DNA of 58,362 bases, filler included, from Sphacelaria rigidula (GCA_964200075.2; 8 parts of 8 records of this genome joined end to end with filler, not necessarily neighbours in it), one strand, 5' to 3'; positions 37,851-51,155 are shown, counted from the whole stretch's first letter. A program made the numbers and translations. Notes: generated from the sequence alone by a model not told the origin.

Positions 37851-40800
37851 GCTGCTCAGACCAAGCATCCACAGCAAGGAGGAGGCCATCCGCCTGTTCC
37901 TCACCAAGAGCGTGGAGGTGAGCAGTCACTGTCTCCAACAAAACGGTACTCACTTGCCCGATTCCTGGACCTCATTGTCGTAACTTAATGTCGTCCATCA
38001 ATGTCGTTTGCATAAGTTAGTGAGGGAGTTTCACAGCAGGAGTGGTGTCTTACCACTCTCTTGTTGATGCGATATTAGAAACGGTACAGTCCCGCACGCA
38101 CTGCGGTAGTAGTCACAGATAAGGTGGCTCCGTACTTTCTGAATCAAGAGTCTGATCTGATGCAGTTTCGGCGATGACCGGCGATCGATCACGCTCATTG
38201 TTGTAGTACTGGGATGTTGGAGAACGAACCTGTGGGCCGTCACGTGCTGTGTTTTCAGGACAATTTATCATGTTTTGCAGCGGAAACATTTGTGGCACGT
38301 GGCGTCATATGTTGTACGGTGCAACGCAAAGCGCCCAACCGTGGAGTAGTGTCTGATGCAAGGGGTGAGATTGGGGTGGAAGTTACTGGCGGGCGGCGCG
38401 TCTCAGTGGAACCTGTGTTGGTGCCATGCATCTTCGGGAGTAAGTGCCCCGTCCAGCGGTGTTAATATGAGGAGTAGGTGGATTGATGTAGAGATGAGTG
38501 ACGGCTCTCTAGAGATATTTCAAACAAGGAGGCAAGTTGTAGCTGCGATGTACTATGAGCAGACGATACACGCGTCTTGCATGCTCACAATTGAACGTCA
38601 ACGCCCACTCCCTCCACCTCTCCGTCTCTCCCTCTTTCTGTCTATCTCCGTCTTGTCTCTCTGTCTCTCTCGATCACTTTTGTGGTGTCGTCTTTTTTGT
38701 TTGTTCTTTTGCTCTCGGTCGTTCTGCCTGGGGCAGGAGCGCGATGAGTGGGTAGCGGAGCTGCGCGTTGCGTCCAGGGTCGTTCCGCTCGAGGAAAATT
38801 TCGAGCTCAAGGCCTTGCTTAGGAAGGGAGCATTTGCATCCGTGAGTGACTTCTTTTTTTTGCTTAGCGAACGATAGATGAGCACCAAGATCAGTATCCA
38901 AGACATGTTGACTTTACAGCCTCCAATATGTATTTATTCCGGCGGAGGTTTCTTACCGTCTGTGGGACTCAAATACTGGAAATTGAGGATTGTCGGGACG
39001 TCACGTGACCCCACTTGAGCAGGCAAGCACGCTCTTGACTTTTTTTCGTCATTGCCACCGCGTGCAGACATGCAGCCGTGTACTGCTTGGTTGCTCCTAT
39101 CGATGCAACTACACGATCGCTTCGCTTCGCGGCCACTCCAATGCTTCCCCTAGAAGAACTCGGCCATTGGACCAAACAACTTCGAGAAGACAGGGTACAA
39201 AAGAAGAGGGTGTCAGTGTCAAATGAAGGCGCCCTGGTCCACTCAAGCCTTTCTTAAATCCATGTTTAATTGAGCGGCCGCTCAATACATGTCTGGTGAT
39301 GAATTGGGAATCGCCGGTGTCTGGGTTGTGACGGATGACGCAGGTGCACCGCGGAGTCCACAAGGAGACGAGGCAGGAGTACGCGATTAAGGTCATCGAT
39401 AAGACCAGCCTGTCGGGACACGAGAAATCTCTTCTGAGGGGCGAAATCGGTAAGCTTGAGATTTTTTTCGCGCATTCTGCGCCCCGGTGATCGCTCGGGC
39501 AGGTCTCCGTCGAGGAAAGCCAGTTACTTATCGGTACCCTTGGCAGCCTGTGACGTTGTGACACGGAGTCGTGGTTGACGCTGCGGCGAAAGATGAGAGA
39601 CGAAACGAACACGGCGAGATGATCGTGCATTGTGTTGCCATGTTACCGCTCGCGGCCTGCTACAAGACTTGACAGTGACGTGACAGTCCCGTGGCGGATG
39701 ACCTACTGCAAAGGTTGTACATTGCTGACGAGGAAGGTCTTCTAGGATGTCCGGACTCTATCGTGGAACAGGTGTCGCGTATTTTATTATTCGACCAAGA
39801 GCATCGCAGCAGGCTAGCATGGTTGAGGGGGCGGGTTGGGGTTCGTGTAGGCCGTGCCTTCCTCAGACTCAACATCAAACCGCTGCGAATAGGAGCTGAG
39901 CCTGGTGGAAAGGACAAGCTCATCACTGAAGTCCCAGGAGTGCTGGTTGTGTGTTTGTGTTTGTGTCGGGGTTTGTCAGGGTGTGCGTGCTCGTCCCAAT
40001 CGATCAGCTATTGTGGGTGGCGGGGAAAAACTCATGCGCAACCTCCGGCCCAAATCAAGTACCACTACTACTCAAGCACATCCGCACACCTTGCCTGCAG
40101 CACGTACACCTTCACCACACGCGCCACGCCCTTGAGGTGTTGGACACCTAGCCAACAGCTTAGTTGTATGTGTTGACCACAAGCATGTACAACGTTCTCG
40201 TACAGTTGCCGGCGCCATCACCGTCATCGCACTATAATACGTACTGTCTGGGATTGTGGGACGGCAGGTCTGTTTGCGCGATCACCCCTCTTGTCCCACT
40301 TCTATTGTAGTGTTGAAAATTCTGAGACGGCATTACCAGTGGTACTGTGCTGCGGTGTGCACGAATAAGTGACTGCACACCGTACTCCGCTGTAGTGCTC
40401 TGATGTCTGCGCGCGCATGTGTGTGGCAACGACCTTTCCATGTGGGCGCTGTGGCTTCACCAAGAACAGTGTTTCCAGACCCCCGGCTGAACAAAAGGGC
40501 CAATCGTAGGACATAAAGCGCTACAGGGGTTCATGTTAGCTTCGCCAGGTGTCGGTCACACTCTCATCACCGCCGTTATCTCGTCCACAATGTAATCCTG
40601 CGTGTTGGCTCTATCATGTTTTGCCACCGATGCCCCAGGTGCGTTAAAGTTGGTGGCTCACCCGAACGTGGTTCGGCTGGAGGCAGTCCATGAGGACCCG
40701 CGATCAATCGCTATCGTCATGACCCTTTGCCGCGGTGGTGACCTCTGGGATAAGGTATGCGACACGAAAGAAAGCATGTGGCAGTGCGGGTGTAGCAAGT

Positions 40801-43474
40801 ACCACCCGGGGAGGACGGGGGGGCGTACTCATCTGTTATTTCCTCTTGTTATTTAACCGTTGACCACGCAGTCTATTCGAGACGGAGCAGCTGACAGAGG
40901 CACCTCCAACATTTGAGCGCGTATTACGTGTCTTCCATACATGACACGAAAACCTTCTACAAATCTATGTACCCTACATGCGTCGCCGTCTGTGGCCATG
41001 ATCTATCAACCTCTACAGCGATCTTATCCTCGCTACTTTTTCATGTACCCAACGATTTCATGGCACCTTCTTTACTTCCCACATGAACCGTTCCTTCTCG
41101 AGTACTTCACACATTTACACTACATGAATTGCACTCGCTATTGTCACGAGCTGGGTCAGATTGAACGCCCAAAATTCATTCCCCGGGTATTCCTCACACC
41201 GGTTTTTCGAGTTAGACCACGAAGATTTGCACACATGTTCTTGAGGGCACTATCTAAAACTCGAAGACCGTTTTTTATTTTTTGTTCGGTTGGTGTCAAG
41301 ATAGTCGGGATTTGACCCCTCCCCTGGTCAAGTAGGTCAACCGCGAGCTTGGATAAAAAGTCACAAAAAAAACAAACGGTCTTCACGTTTCAGATGGTGC
41401 CCTCAAGAACATGTGTGCAAATTTTCGTGGCCTAACTCGAAAAACCGGCGTGAGGAAATCGCGAAATGTGCGCTGAAGTATAAAAAAGTCTGCGTGTCCC
41501 GCGCATTACTTGATTGAAGTACAAAGTGACGATTTTACCGGTTCTTTTTGCCTTGCACGCGCTGTTCTACTCAAGATTTTCGAGTTAGATGATGAAAATT
41601 CAGACAAATGTTCCTTGGGATACCACTCACCCTAAGATGTCGAAATTTTGGGGGTTGAGGCATTTTGTTCCGGTTTCCGGGGGTCTTTATGCTGAGACCC
41701 CCGGAAGCCGGTAAAGAACGGAGAAACTTTGAAATCTTGCCATTAATGCAATTTTCCATTTGGAGCATCAACACCAACGAAACTGCCAAGTTTGAGGATG
41801 ATCTGAGCTTTTCTGCAACAGATTGAGAGGAAATCTTCACGAGGCTCCGTGGGTCTTTCGTACATATCACTAGGGGAAGTTCGACGACGCCAAAGCTCCA
41901 CATACCGAAACATCACGGTTTGGGGCAAAATTCGACCCCGTTGGGATCGTTTTTGACTCTGTTTCTCCCGTCAGATTCCCAGGCTGATGACGGCTACTAC
42001 GAGTTGACTCATGTGGAGATACGGTGAAAATTGGGCTTGGAATTCGTGTTTTCATTTTCGGAACAATTTGGAGGGCGCTGATTGGTCGAGACATGCTCCT
42101 GTCCTTAGCGCCACCGCTACAGCCTATGGAATAATTTTTGGGTATTCAATCTGAACAAGCCTGTAATGATTTGTCACAAGCATTTCTTGTGGCATGCCCC
42201 TTTCATGTTTCTGGCAGGTCCAGGTCCCCCAACCGAAATTGCGCTTTCAAATTTTTCGCGTAGTCCACTGGTTCTTGTGGATACGTTTCTATCCCTATCC
42301 ACCTCGTCAACCCCCCGTATGTTCAGGTGCTACTCCTTGTGATGGCTAATGCTACGCAGCTCCCCAACGGTGCAAACCCGTCCCACTTGCCAGCCAGCTA
42401 AAGGGGCAGTTTTGGCCACAGACGGGGTATGCCATTGAATCACTCAGCAAACTGATGTTTTTGTTGCACAAGCTTGCGCATCAATGTCTATTCGATGTAG
42501 TCTGCTGTGAGCGCAGCACCGGCGCCGTGTTTCGAGCCCCGTTCTATTGGCCTCTTGTTTACCGTTTTACCGTCTTCGATGGTGTGAACAGGTTCGGGCG
42601 CAGCCATCCCGATGCTTCACCATTAATCAGGCGCGAATGGTGATGCGACCACTCTGCGAGGCTGTCCTCTATCTCCACGATCTCGGTGAGAAACCAGTTT
42701 TTGCTTTTCGCTCTCTCGTCCTATTTTCGCACTCAAATACTGAACGTTCGGGTGCCAAAACGTGACAGCGGGTATTACCACATCACGGAGGCCCCGTGGC
42801 GAGCGGGAGGTCCCTGTCGTGTAACGATATTCCGCTGGAATTTGGGTATGGATTGGATGATCCAGGAATTGTGTATGTACGTCATACTAGTCCGGACAAT
42901 TCGGTCGTCGCCCTTGACATTTCCGGCATATTTTACAGTACAGCATTGTTCGTGAGACCTACAGTTACAGTGTACAAGCCGATAGTCATCACCCGCACAC
43001 TCTGAGCTGATGTGAAGTCGTCAATGGTGATCAAATGGAGAAGTTATTACGTGGTATTGGGAAACTCCCTCCGGTGAGATTCGGCGCTGTTCTGTTCACC
43101 ACGCGTTGGATGTCGAGACGAGGCGAGTCATGCGTATGATACGGTACGGGGTGATTTGACCACTGATGAACCTCACCTGGGCGTCAAAGCGTACCTATAT
43201 TACCTACACTATCTATACTATCTACCTCCTGCTGAGTGGATGATTGAAAACCTCATCGCCTCATCCCGCGACTTGCCGTACAAGGTAGAGTGACGCTTGC
43301 CCCTTCGGTTCATGACGTCGAATTTCAGGCATCTTGCATCGCGACATCAAGCCGGAGAATATCTTGCTCGTTGATAACAGTCCCGGAGATGAATGCCTCA
43401 GCGGCGTGATCCTGTCGGACTTTGGGTTCTCGCACCAGGTCTCGCCGCAGTCCCGCCTCGCATGCGGAAAGCAG
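37851..43474 (+). CDS. Partial gene: PH domain + CAMK-group Ser/Thr kinase (CDPK7-like architecture), six internal exons
   Basis: Exons 37851-37917, 38737-38841, 39344-39449, 40639-40754, 42592-42685 and 43329-43474 join in phase. PH C-terminal helix RLFLTKSVEERDEWVAEL; G-loop LRKGAFASV; YAIKVIDK; alphaC EKSLLRGEI; HPNVVRL; GGDLW; YLHDLGILHRDIKPENILL; SDFGF. Confidence 0.92.
41190..41458. mobile_element. Intronic hairpin/MITE with ~85-bp inverted arms
   Basis: ttcctcacaccggtttttcgagttagaccacgaagatttgcacacatgttcttgagggcac... is inverted at 41373-41458. Confidence 0.85.
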
Positions 43475-43748
43475 GTGCGCACGGAGTGTGATGATCATCC
43501 TCTATGGTAGTGCCGGGTTTTGTGTCGTCCATCTTGTGTACAGGAGGTTTTGCATAACAAGTCGGAGGTGATTCCAGGAATTGCGATACTGAAGTCCATG
43601 AGACCATCAAATTACCAAGAAAACTGGGAAAATGTTCGGTTTTATTCTCCTCAGTATAGTTTATTTTGGTAATGTGTCTTGTAAGGAATAGCAGGAAACG
43701 GTACTAGAAAGGCGAGCCTACGTCTGTAACCACGGGTTCGCGAGATCG

Positions 43749-43848
43749 NNNNNNNNNNNNNNNNNNNNNNNNNNNNNNNNNNNNNNNNNNNNTTAATTAA
43801 TTAANNNNNNNNNNNNNNNNNNNNNNNNNNNNNNNNNNNNNNNNNNNN
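43749..43848. other. Artificial scaffold-joining spacer
   Basis: 44 N + TTAATTAATTAA + 44 N. Confidence 0.98.
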
Positions 43849-46700
43849 TGTCTGACACACTGATGAGCCTCTTTTTTCGTGCAACCAAATACCCCCCCCC
43901 CTATCGTAGGATGACTCCATGCGAAATAGTACCCTTGGGGTACACCCTACCACACCAAACCACTTCGCGGGCGAAAAATTACCCTTGTGCGCAGCGACGA
44001 ACAGACCAACACTCTCCAAGCGGCGAAGAATTTCGTCAAGCAAAGCTCATAGTGCTCGTTCGGTTTCAGCAAAATGGAAAACGTCATCCACCCACTCTTT
44101 ACAACCTAGACCTCGCAAAATGTCATTCAACACACCTTGGAAATACGCTGTGGCGTTCAACACGCCCTGCGGGACAGGAGTGGGGGTAAACAAACCGTCC
44201 GGCGTGACGATTGTGAACATTTCCTGAGCCTCCGCCAGAGGCATCTGCTGAGACCCCTGTGGCAGGTCCAACTTCCCAAAGCATTGGGCTCCCAGAAACC
44301 CCCGCATGTCTTCTTGGCTTGGCAACACCCCCGGAGACTGTCCCACTTGCGCATTCACCGCCTGATAGTCGCTGACCAAACGGAATGTGTCCCTTTTCGG
44401 CACCGCCATCGCCGGACTCGCCCACACAGCCTGGGTGTTCCTCACCAATAAACCAAACGCCACCAAAGCTGCGATGCATGAGGCAAGCCACCCGGTCTTC
44501 ACCGGATCGTACCGTCTGAGCTTGGCCTTCACCGCATTTTCCTGAGGCTTAAGCTGCACCCTCCCGGGCTCAACGCGCGCTGGCGGATCACCACGCAGCG
44601 CACGGCGAAATGTATCTATGCGACGAGCCGAAATATCGCGCAGACAATGTGCACCATCGGCGCTCAGGCCCTTCTGCTCGGCCTGCCGCACACTATCCTC
44701 AAGCGCACGTTCTCGTACACCCCTCTCCTCTGCTAGGTTCATGAACATATCCGACCCCTGATCGACCAAGTGCTCTACCGCTCCATCAGCGGGAGCCTCC
44801 TCCTCATTGGCACTCTGGAATGACCGAATGGATACGATCACACGCCTTGCAGCAAGGTAACTCAGGTTTTCCACGCCGGTTTGCACCGGCACAGCACGCG
44901 GACGTAACTTCTCCAACGCCAGTGGAAATACTGTAGATCAATCCCAAGCGCCTTCATTGTCGCCATCCCAAATAGAACCACGTTGTCCCAATCGGGTATG
45001 GCAGGGAACCTAATGGGCTGCAAGTGCATAGCCCCCCACGGCATACGCACGATAAAAGTGATCGGCACCGCTTGGTGTGTAACCGTTACGGGAGCACCCG
45101 TGGCGGTCTGCGCCGTATGCGGTTCGTTTTCGAACGGAGTCTAAAGCTGAGCGCCGCCAAACTGCGAAGATATCTGTTCTAGCAACCCAACACTGATCGA
45201 CGTGAGCGCAGACCCAGAATCCAGAATAACGCGGGCCATGAACGAACCTACAGAACCAGGCAAGGATAAGTGCGCGTAAGCATTCAGCCTTGCGATCGAC
45301 AGGTACCACGCCTACCGAAGGACCCTGCTCTGTCCCAAGAGTCACCTGACGCCAGGGCTGCCGTGCAGTACTTGGCATCGATAGCTACGAATCGTCGGTC
45401 CAACCAGACCAAGTCGTCGAATATGCAGACGGTGCTGTTACAGTCGTCGCAGGTGTAGGGAATGCACCAGACACGGATCTTCCCTGGCCGATGGGTTGCG
45501 AGCTATTCGCTCCAGCACCCCCCACCGAAGTATTTGCATTTCCCACGTACACTGTCCGCCCCGCTACGGATGAACCATAAGATCCAGAGTCACCACCTGA
45601 TGATGTAGTGGAAGAAACAGCAGCGGAGGAACCATCATCCGCCGCCGATTGATTGCTACCGCGGCCGCCGCGCCCGCGTCCCTGATTGGCGCGGCCCCGT
45701 CCACCGTGACGACCGCCCCGATATCCTGATAAATCTCGTGCATTGCCCTGTGCCGCGCCTTGAGCGCGAGGATTGGGGCAGTCCATAATCAAATGTCCGG
45801 TGTCGCCGCAGTTGTAACACGCGCGAGTGGACGACTCTCGCGAAGATGGCTGCTGTTGCTGTTGCTGTTGCTGTTTGAAGCGCATAACACCTGCCCTTGT
45901 TGCGGATTCGCGCCGGCCATGTGCTTCAATGAACTTCGACTGGTCGACCGCCTCAAATATTTGTTCGAACACCACCGTCGGGTTCTTTTTCCAGCCGTCA
46001 ATATACGTTAGTACACCTCTAACATACACCTTGAATTCCGAGAGCGAAATCCCGTCCACCAAAGCTATGGAAACCGACTCGGCCGGGCCTGGCAACCAAC
46101 TCCTGTCCTCCGCACGGTGCATGGCTTGCACCATCAGGTTCTCTTCAAATAACCTTTCCATATCATCTGAACTGACCATCATCGTACGATCCCCGACAGT
46201 TTCCCCCCCGTTTTGCTCTATCGTAAGTACCCTACGCAGGTCTGCTGCAGCCCGCGCAGCGTCATGCTTTCCACCAGTTGTAGTATACCCGGCATGCTGC
46301 TTCACAGCATCAAGCACTTCATCGGGGGTCATAGCCCGCCCGTCCTTGTACATGTCTTCGAAGCAGCGGTGAATGTAGACAAGAAAGAGTTTCCCTATGC
46401 TTACTCTCTCATGCCGTATAATTCCTTGTGAATTCGCGAGACTCCAACGCTGTATGTATTCAAGGTATTCCGCGAAAAACCCGTAATACCTCTTGTGCCC
46501 ATACTTCTCCATAATTTGGTGGCTGTAGTGGCTCATCTAACACCAGCGGCGCTACCGCCGCTTGAGCCATGTCGTCTACACTTCAAACACCTCACGGAGA
46601 GACTCTTGCCTGACTTGTGCGTCCTCCAGCTCACGGAGCGTCCCCCTCTGCTGTGTGCTTCAAGTTGGTCTCCTCCTGTCTGCGGGCTTAACTGGCTCTA
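43849..46700 (-). mobile_element. Decayed Ty3/Gypsy LTR retrotransposon (gag-PR-RT), truncated by scaffold end
   Basis: Gag ORF 45385-46536 with zinc knuckle CYNCGDTGHLIMDC; protease VILDSGSA at ~45205-45230; RT WASPAMAVPK..FRLVSDY..FGKLDL..PQGVLNATAYFQ..WVDD. PR-RT order is Gypsy-type; stops and frameshifts separate the segments. Confidence 0.92.
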
Positions 46701-46999
46701 AGTTGCTGCCCAACTTTTCTCCTCAGCCAAAACCCCTCTAACAGAGTGCCGGAAGAATAATATCTAGATAGTATGGCCTCTGCCAGACGATATGGACAAG
46801 AGGACTATCCACGTGGGACTCCTCCAGTAGCACTGGCCTCGTGCTCGACAAGTCCTTTCTTCTCACTTGTTATTATCACGGAGTAATCTTCAACAGACCA
46901 CATCAAGAGCCAGATAGCAAGGGACCACACAGATGAGGGTCATCAATCCCTGCCCGATCCCTTTCCATTTCGGAATCGACTATACGTACGCTTTCCAAT

Positions 47000-48089
47000 A
47001 GACGGAAAATTTCGCTGCATTTTTAGGTAATCTCTCCTTGGAACTCTTGCTATTTTTCTTCCAGTCTATATCTTAATCTGTACACTTTTCACCCCACCTA
47101 TTTGTTTAGCTCTCGTCTGTTGGCTGACTGTCCATATCAGGCAATGATGCGCAGTTCCCACGTCCTTTGCGCATACATGCACTTATATTCCCTTCTTTTT
47201 TCCATACTCTACCACTATATGGTCATGAACGGAGCGTTCTCTTTTTTTTTTTGCATATTCTAGTCCGTGCTCATCACGCCTCTGGTTTTTGTCCTTTATC
47301 GTTCAGCGTTTTCATCACTTTATTCTCAAGAGACTTCAGCATCTATTCCCATTTGTGTTCTTTTTATCTTCGAGTATTGATCAATGGTATTATCTGGTTT
47401 GCTTTCTTTTCCACTCCTTGCATTCAAATCTCCCACAAACATGACTCCTCCTTACCTTTTATACTTCTGTACATCTACCGCTATGTCTCCGAACCTCCTC
47501 TGCATATCGCGTACCGTACTTTTCATTTCTGGGGGCGCATAGACGTTCCCTACGAAAAACTTAATCGTTCCCTGCCTTCCTGGTACTGTTATTCATATAC
47601 TTTCGTCGATTTTTGTGTGTTTGATCACTTCTGTGATGTCACACAAGTATTCCTTGACTAAGGATTCGTGAGATTCAACGGGAGCTTTGAGGAGAGCAGG
47701 GAGGAGATGGAAGAATGCGCAGCCAGCTCGTACCGCACTGGACATAGCGGAAGTGGCAGAACTCCTCATCATCTCCCCTTGTCTCCTTTTCCCTCAACAA
47801 TTGCTGACTTCCGTGCACCCCTCCCCTGAGGTGGTGTGTTGCCATGTGGTGCTTTTCCTGTTGTGACCAGTATATTCGTACACATGGTGTACCTCTAGAG
47901 GCACAAGGATAGAACTCTGCGTTTCGTATCGCTATGGTTGATGATCTTGGTCCCTTAGTTGGGCTCCCTTCCTGTTTCGCTTCGTGTGTTGAGTGGACCA
48001 ATGGGCCCTGCCTCCAGTATCCGAACGGTCTCATACGGCATCGAAACTTAGGAGGCTAGCAGTATTATTTTTAATGTGAAGACATCAAT

Positions 48090-48128
<39 letters not shown>

Positions 48129-48340
48129 CCTTCTCCCTCCGCTCCCCTGTTCTTGGGGTTCTGCCCCTTCCGCTCTCTTCCCCTACCCATGGGTACTCTC
48201 CAACTTTGCATCCGTTTTCCGCGCTCTCTTTCTCCCATGACTGTTGGATACCTACTATATCTAGGTCGCACTTACTTTCGTGTTCGGCGATGTCCATCCC
48301 CTTGCGCTCGCCTGTGGCGAATCCACACACGTTCTAAGAT
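47000..48340 (-). mobile_element. Decayed LINE ORF2 fragment (APE endonuclease)
   Basis: Minus-strand motifs NVCGF..DIVGIQQSW, VGNVYAPP, FVGDLNAR and a HCLIW remnant of the SDH region; stops present. Confidence 0.8.
47657..48127 (+). mobile_element. Retroposed insertion with (CAA)n tail inside the LINE endonuclease
   Basis: (CAA)n tail at 48092-48127; tcctt flanks both sides (47652-47656, 48128-48132); removal roughly restores G..G.GILV. Confidence 0.7.
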
Positions 48341-49211
48341 CCTATTCTCACCTTCCGTTCCCAATCATTCCCCACTCTCCTTTTGTCTGTTGTTCTGTCT
48401 CCATCGATATTACTTCTATTTGCCTTTGCTTGATTGTCTCCCGTCTCCGGCTTGGTCTTTATCTGTTTGCTTGGGCCGCTGTTTCCCCTCCTCTTCCCCT
48501 TCCGGAAATTTACTTGTTCCTGCCTCTCCTTTCCTTTGTTTATCCGCGAACTACGGCTTGGGTTTGCTGTTCCTTTGGCTATGCATGTTCTCCTCCTACC
48601 CTTCGAACCCATGCCGACACCTTCCTTGTCTCTATCCCTTCCACTCCTTGCTCGCGCTCTGTTTTACCGTGACTCGGAAGTGTTCTGTGCGTGTCACAAG
48701 ATTCGAGATCAGCTAAAGGAGTCCGTTCAAGCCACGAGAGGCTGTCACTGTCTTTGGATCACAGGTGAGTGCATTTTCAGAGTTTATTTCTTTGTGTTTG
48801 GCGCGGAATTCGTCGTGCCGACGTTCGGTGGGTATGAGCTCGTAACCATCGGCAGGCATTCGTCGCGGCGAACGTCGCAAGCTGCCGCGCCACAGTGCAC
48901 GTTGCGATACCTTTTGCTGTGGTGTGGGCAATAACCAAATTGTGGGCAATACTCAAATATATCACACTCAAGGATAGGTACATGTGAACATGCGTGGATG
49001 CAAGGGAAGTGGATATTATTATTGGATCATGACATATGGGGGAAGGGCAAGAAAGAGATACAGTTCTGTTTTTAAAGGTATACTCGATGTGGTGGTTGCA
49101 GCAAATATCTTCTGAGGGGCACGTGCCTCATCGCGTGGCCAAAGAATGAGGCTATGACGTGTTTTTTTCGCATGAGCGATTCTTCATGATTGAACCCCCC
49201 CCGTCTGGGTA

Positions 49212-49277
49212 GTGCTCCGTATCGAAAGGGATGCGTGGTCAATGGTCAAATGACTAAGGCAAGCAACAAATGAGTAC
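49212..49277 (+). repeat. Short dispersed repeat family A
   Basis: Matches 21670-21732 and 23940-24005. Confidence 0.85.
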
Positions 49278-49486
49278 GCCCCTTTTGGGTAGTGGTGAAG
49301 TGGGTTTAGACGTTTTACGTGGAGAGTATATCATACATTTTTTGACCGGGCAATCAATTCAACAACAGAGGTCCCACGACCTTTCTCAAACATAGGCCCT
49401 TGCGCCGAGCAGGAAATTCAGCCTTTACGCTAGCGATCGGGCTACGCTTTGTGCGGGCGACCTTAGGGTTTATTCAGACATAAACA

Positions 49487-50900
49487 ATGGACTTCGAAAA
49501 TCAAGTAGGCGACCTCATCGTGAGAGTGCAAGAAGCCGACCAAGACGCGGCAAGGAAGATACTATCAGGATACACGCAGGAGCAAGCGAAACAGATACAA
49601 GACCTACGACAACAAAGTCAAGCACACGACGAGGATCCGAGCCTGGGAGCGCGCGCGTCAGCGGCAAGAACGGCGGTCCCCCAGCAGCGCATTCAACCTA
49701 CGACTACGACAGCATTCAAGACGCACGTCTGCACACGCAGAATCAAGCCCATATGGTACAGTCTGGCATATTAAGGGTACGTTCACATAACAGTATAGTA
49801 GCGTGGGATGATGCGACGAAGAGTGGTGAGGAAGTAAGACAAACGTCTATGGTTTTCAAGCTGCAGATTACAGCATACTTTAAGCAGGAGCTCTGCGAAG
49901 AGGCTCTCTATACAACTTTCCTCATTAGAGTACACTTTGGTAGAGAGCAGGATTCGATCGAGAGGTTCGGAAACGAGTTGATGGAGAAGGCCATGAAAGC
50001 ATGGAGTATACTCGTCAAGAAGATTACCTTCGCTCCGCTCCTTCAGCAACTAGTAAGACTGGGAAACCCCAGCGAGAGATGAAGGTACATCGTAGACTAC
50101 TACACCGTTTCTCCAACCATTGAAAAGGCACAGTTGGGCTATCAATGGCAGATTCTCGATATGAACTTGGGAGAGGACCCCCGCATGTTCCTCGATAGAG
50201 CAAAATCAATAAGGTACAACCGTGCTAGGTTTGGAGTCATGGTGTCAGATTCAGACGGCAATCGGCACTACATACGCCGCCTGTCTAGTGACTTCGAAAT
50301 CTCGCGCGGCGTACTGCTTGCTATGGATGAAGTAACCTCAGAGACCCTTGAGCTCATGGTGATGATGGCGCATGGAGAGATGGAACTGGCTAGGAGCGGG
50401 GCAGGCAGAAATCACGATGTGGTTCAGGGCCACGCGCTCGTCGCGGCCACTGGGAGTGGTAGAGGCGGGGGCGTACTGCAAAACGGGCGACAGCAAGGTG
50501 GTGTGAGAGACGTCGGCAACAGTGATGTTTTTTTGTCATTTCCACAATACGGCCCAGCATGACGACTCTGAATGCAACGTACAACGAAACATGCACGCAC
50601 AAGAAAGTCGTGGTGATCGTGGTGCATGGAATGGTGTTCGCCAGCAGCAAATACCATAGTGCAGACAGTTTTGGAGGTCGTGGGGGTAGCGGACGCGGTA
50701 GAATGCACACCCAGTCCCCGCAGCAGCTCATCCAGCAACAACAACAGCAGCAACACCCCCAGTAGCAGCAGCAAGCGAGACGTGGAGGACGGGGCGCGGG
50801 GCGTGGATTAAGTCCCAGGTACGGTGGTTCGGGGTGCGGTGGTGGGAATGCCCACCCAGGCAGCCAGTTGCCGCATTATGATCCGCCGCAAGGTGGGTAT
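49487..50900 (+). mobile_element. Decayed Ty1/Copia-type gag region
   Basis: Fragmented ORFs 49487-49774, 49753-50082 and 50134-50562 (KAWSILVKKI.., WQILDMNLGEDPRMFLDRAKSIR..RRLSSDFE) resemble Copia UBN2/gag and align with the gag at 51855-52650. Confidence 0.75.
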
Positions 50901-50919
50901 GACTCCTCAGGTTATCCTG

Positions 50920-51055
50920 GGCACTTTCTATGATAGCCCCCCCCCGAAACCAGCTAAACGTGTCACGAAAAAAATGGCCATAAAGCGCCTGGTGTTCGGG
51001 TTCAAGCTGCATGAAGCGGCTCATATTGGTGACATTGGCTAGAACGAACCCAAGC
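50920..51055 (+). mobile_element. Truncated MITE related to 17360-17627
   Basis: cactttctatgatagccccccc...aaaatggcc...gcgcctggtgttc...tgaagcggctcata...aacgaacccaagc. Confidence 0.75.
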
Positions 51056-51155
51056 NNNNNNNNNNNNNNNNNNNNNNNNNNNNNNNNNNNNNNNNNNNNT
51101 TAATTAATTAANNNNNNNNNNNNNNNNNNNNNNNNNNNNNNNNNNNNNNNNNNNN
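51056..51155. other. Artificial scaffold-joining spacer
   Basis: 44 N + TTAATTAATTAA + 44 N. Confidence 0.98.

Noticed and set aside
25974..43474. EF-hand exons and PH-kinase exons as one CDPK7-like gene or a calcium-signalling cluster
   Set aside because: Different scaffolds; adjacency is an artefact of size sorting.
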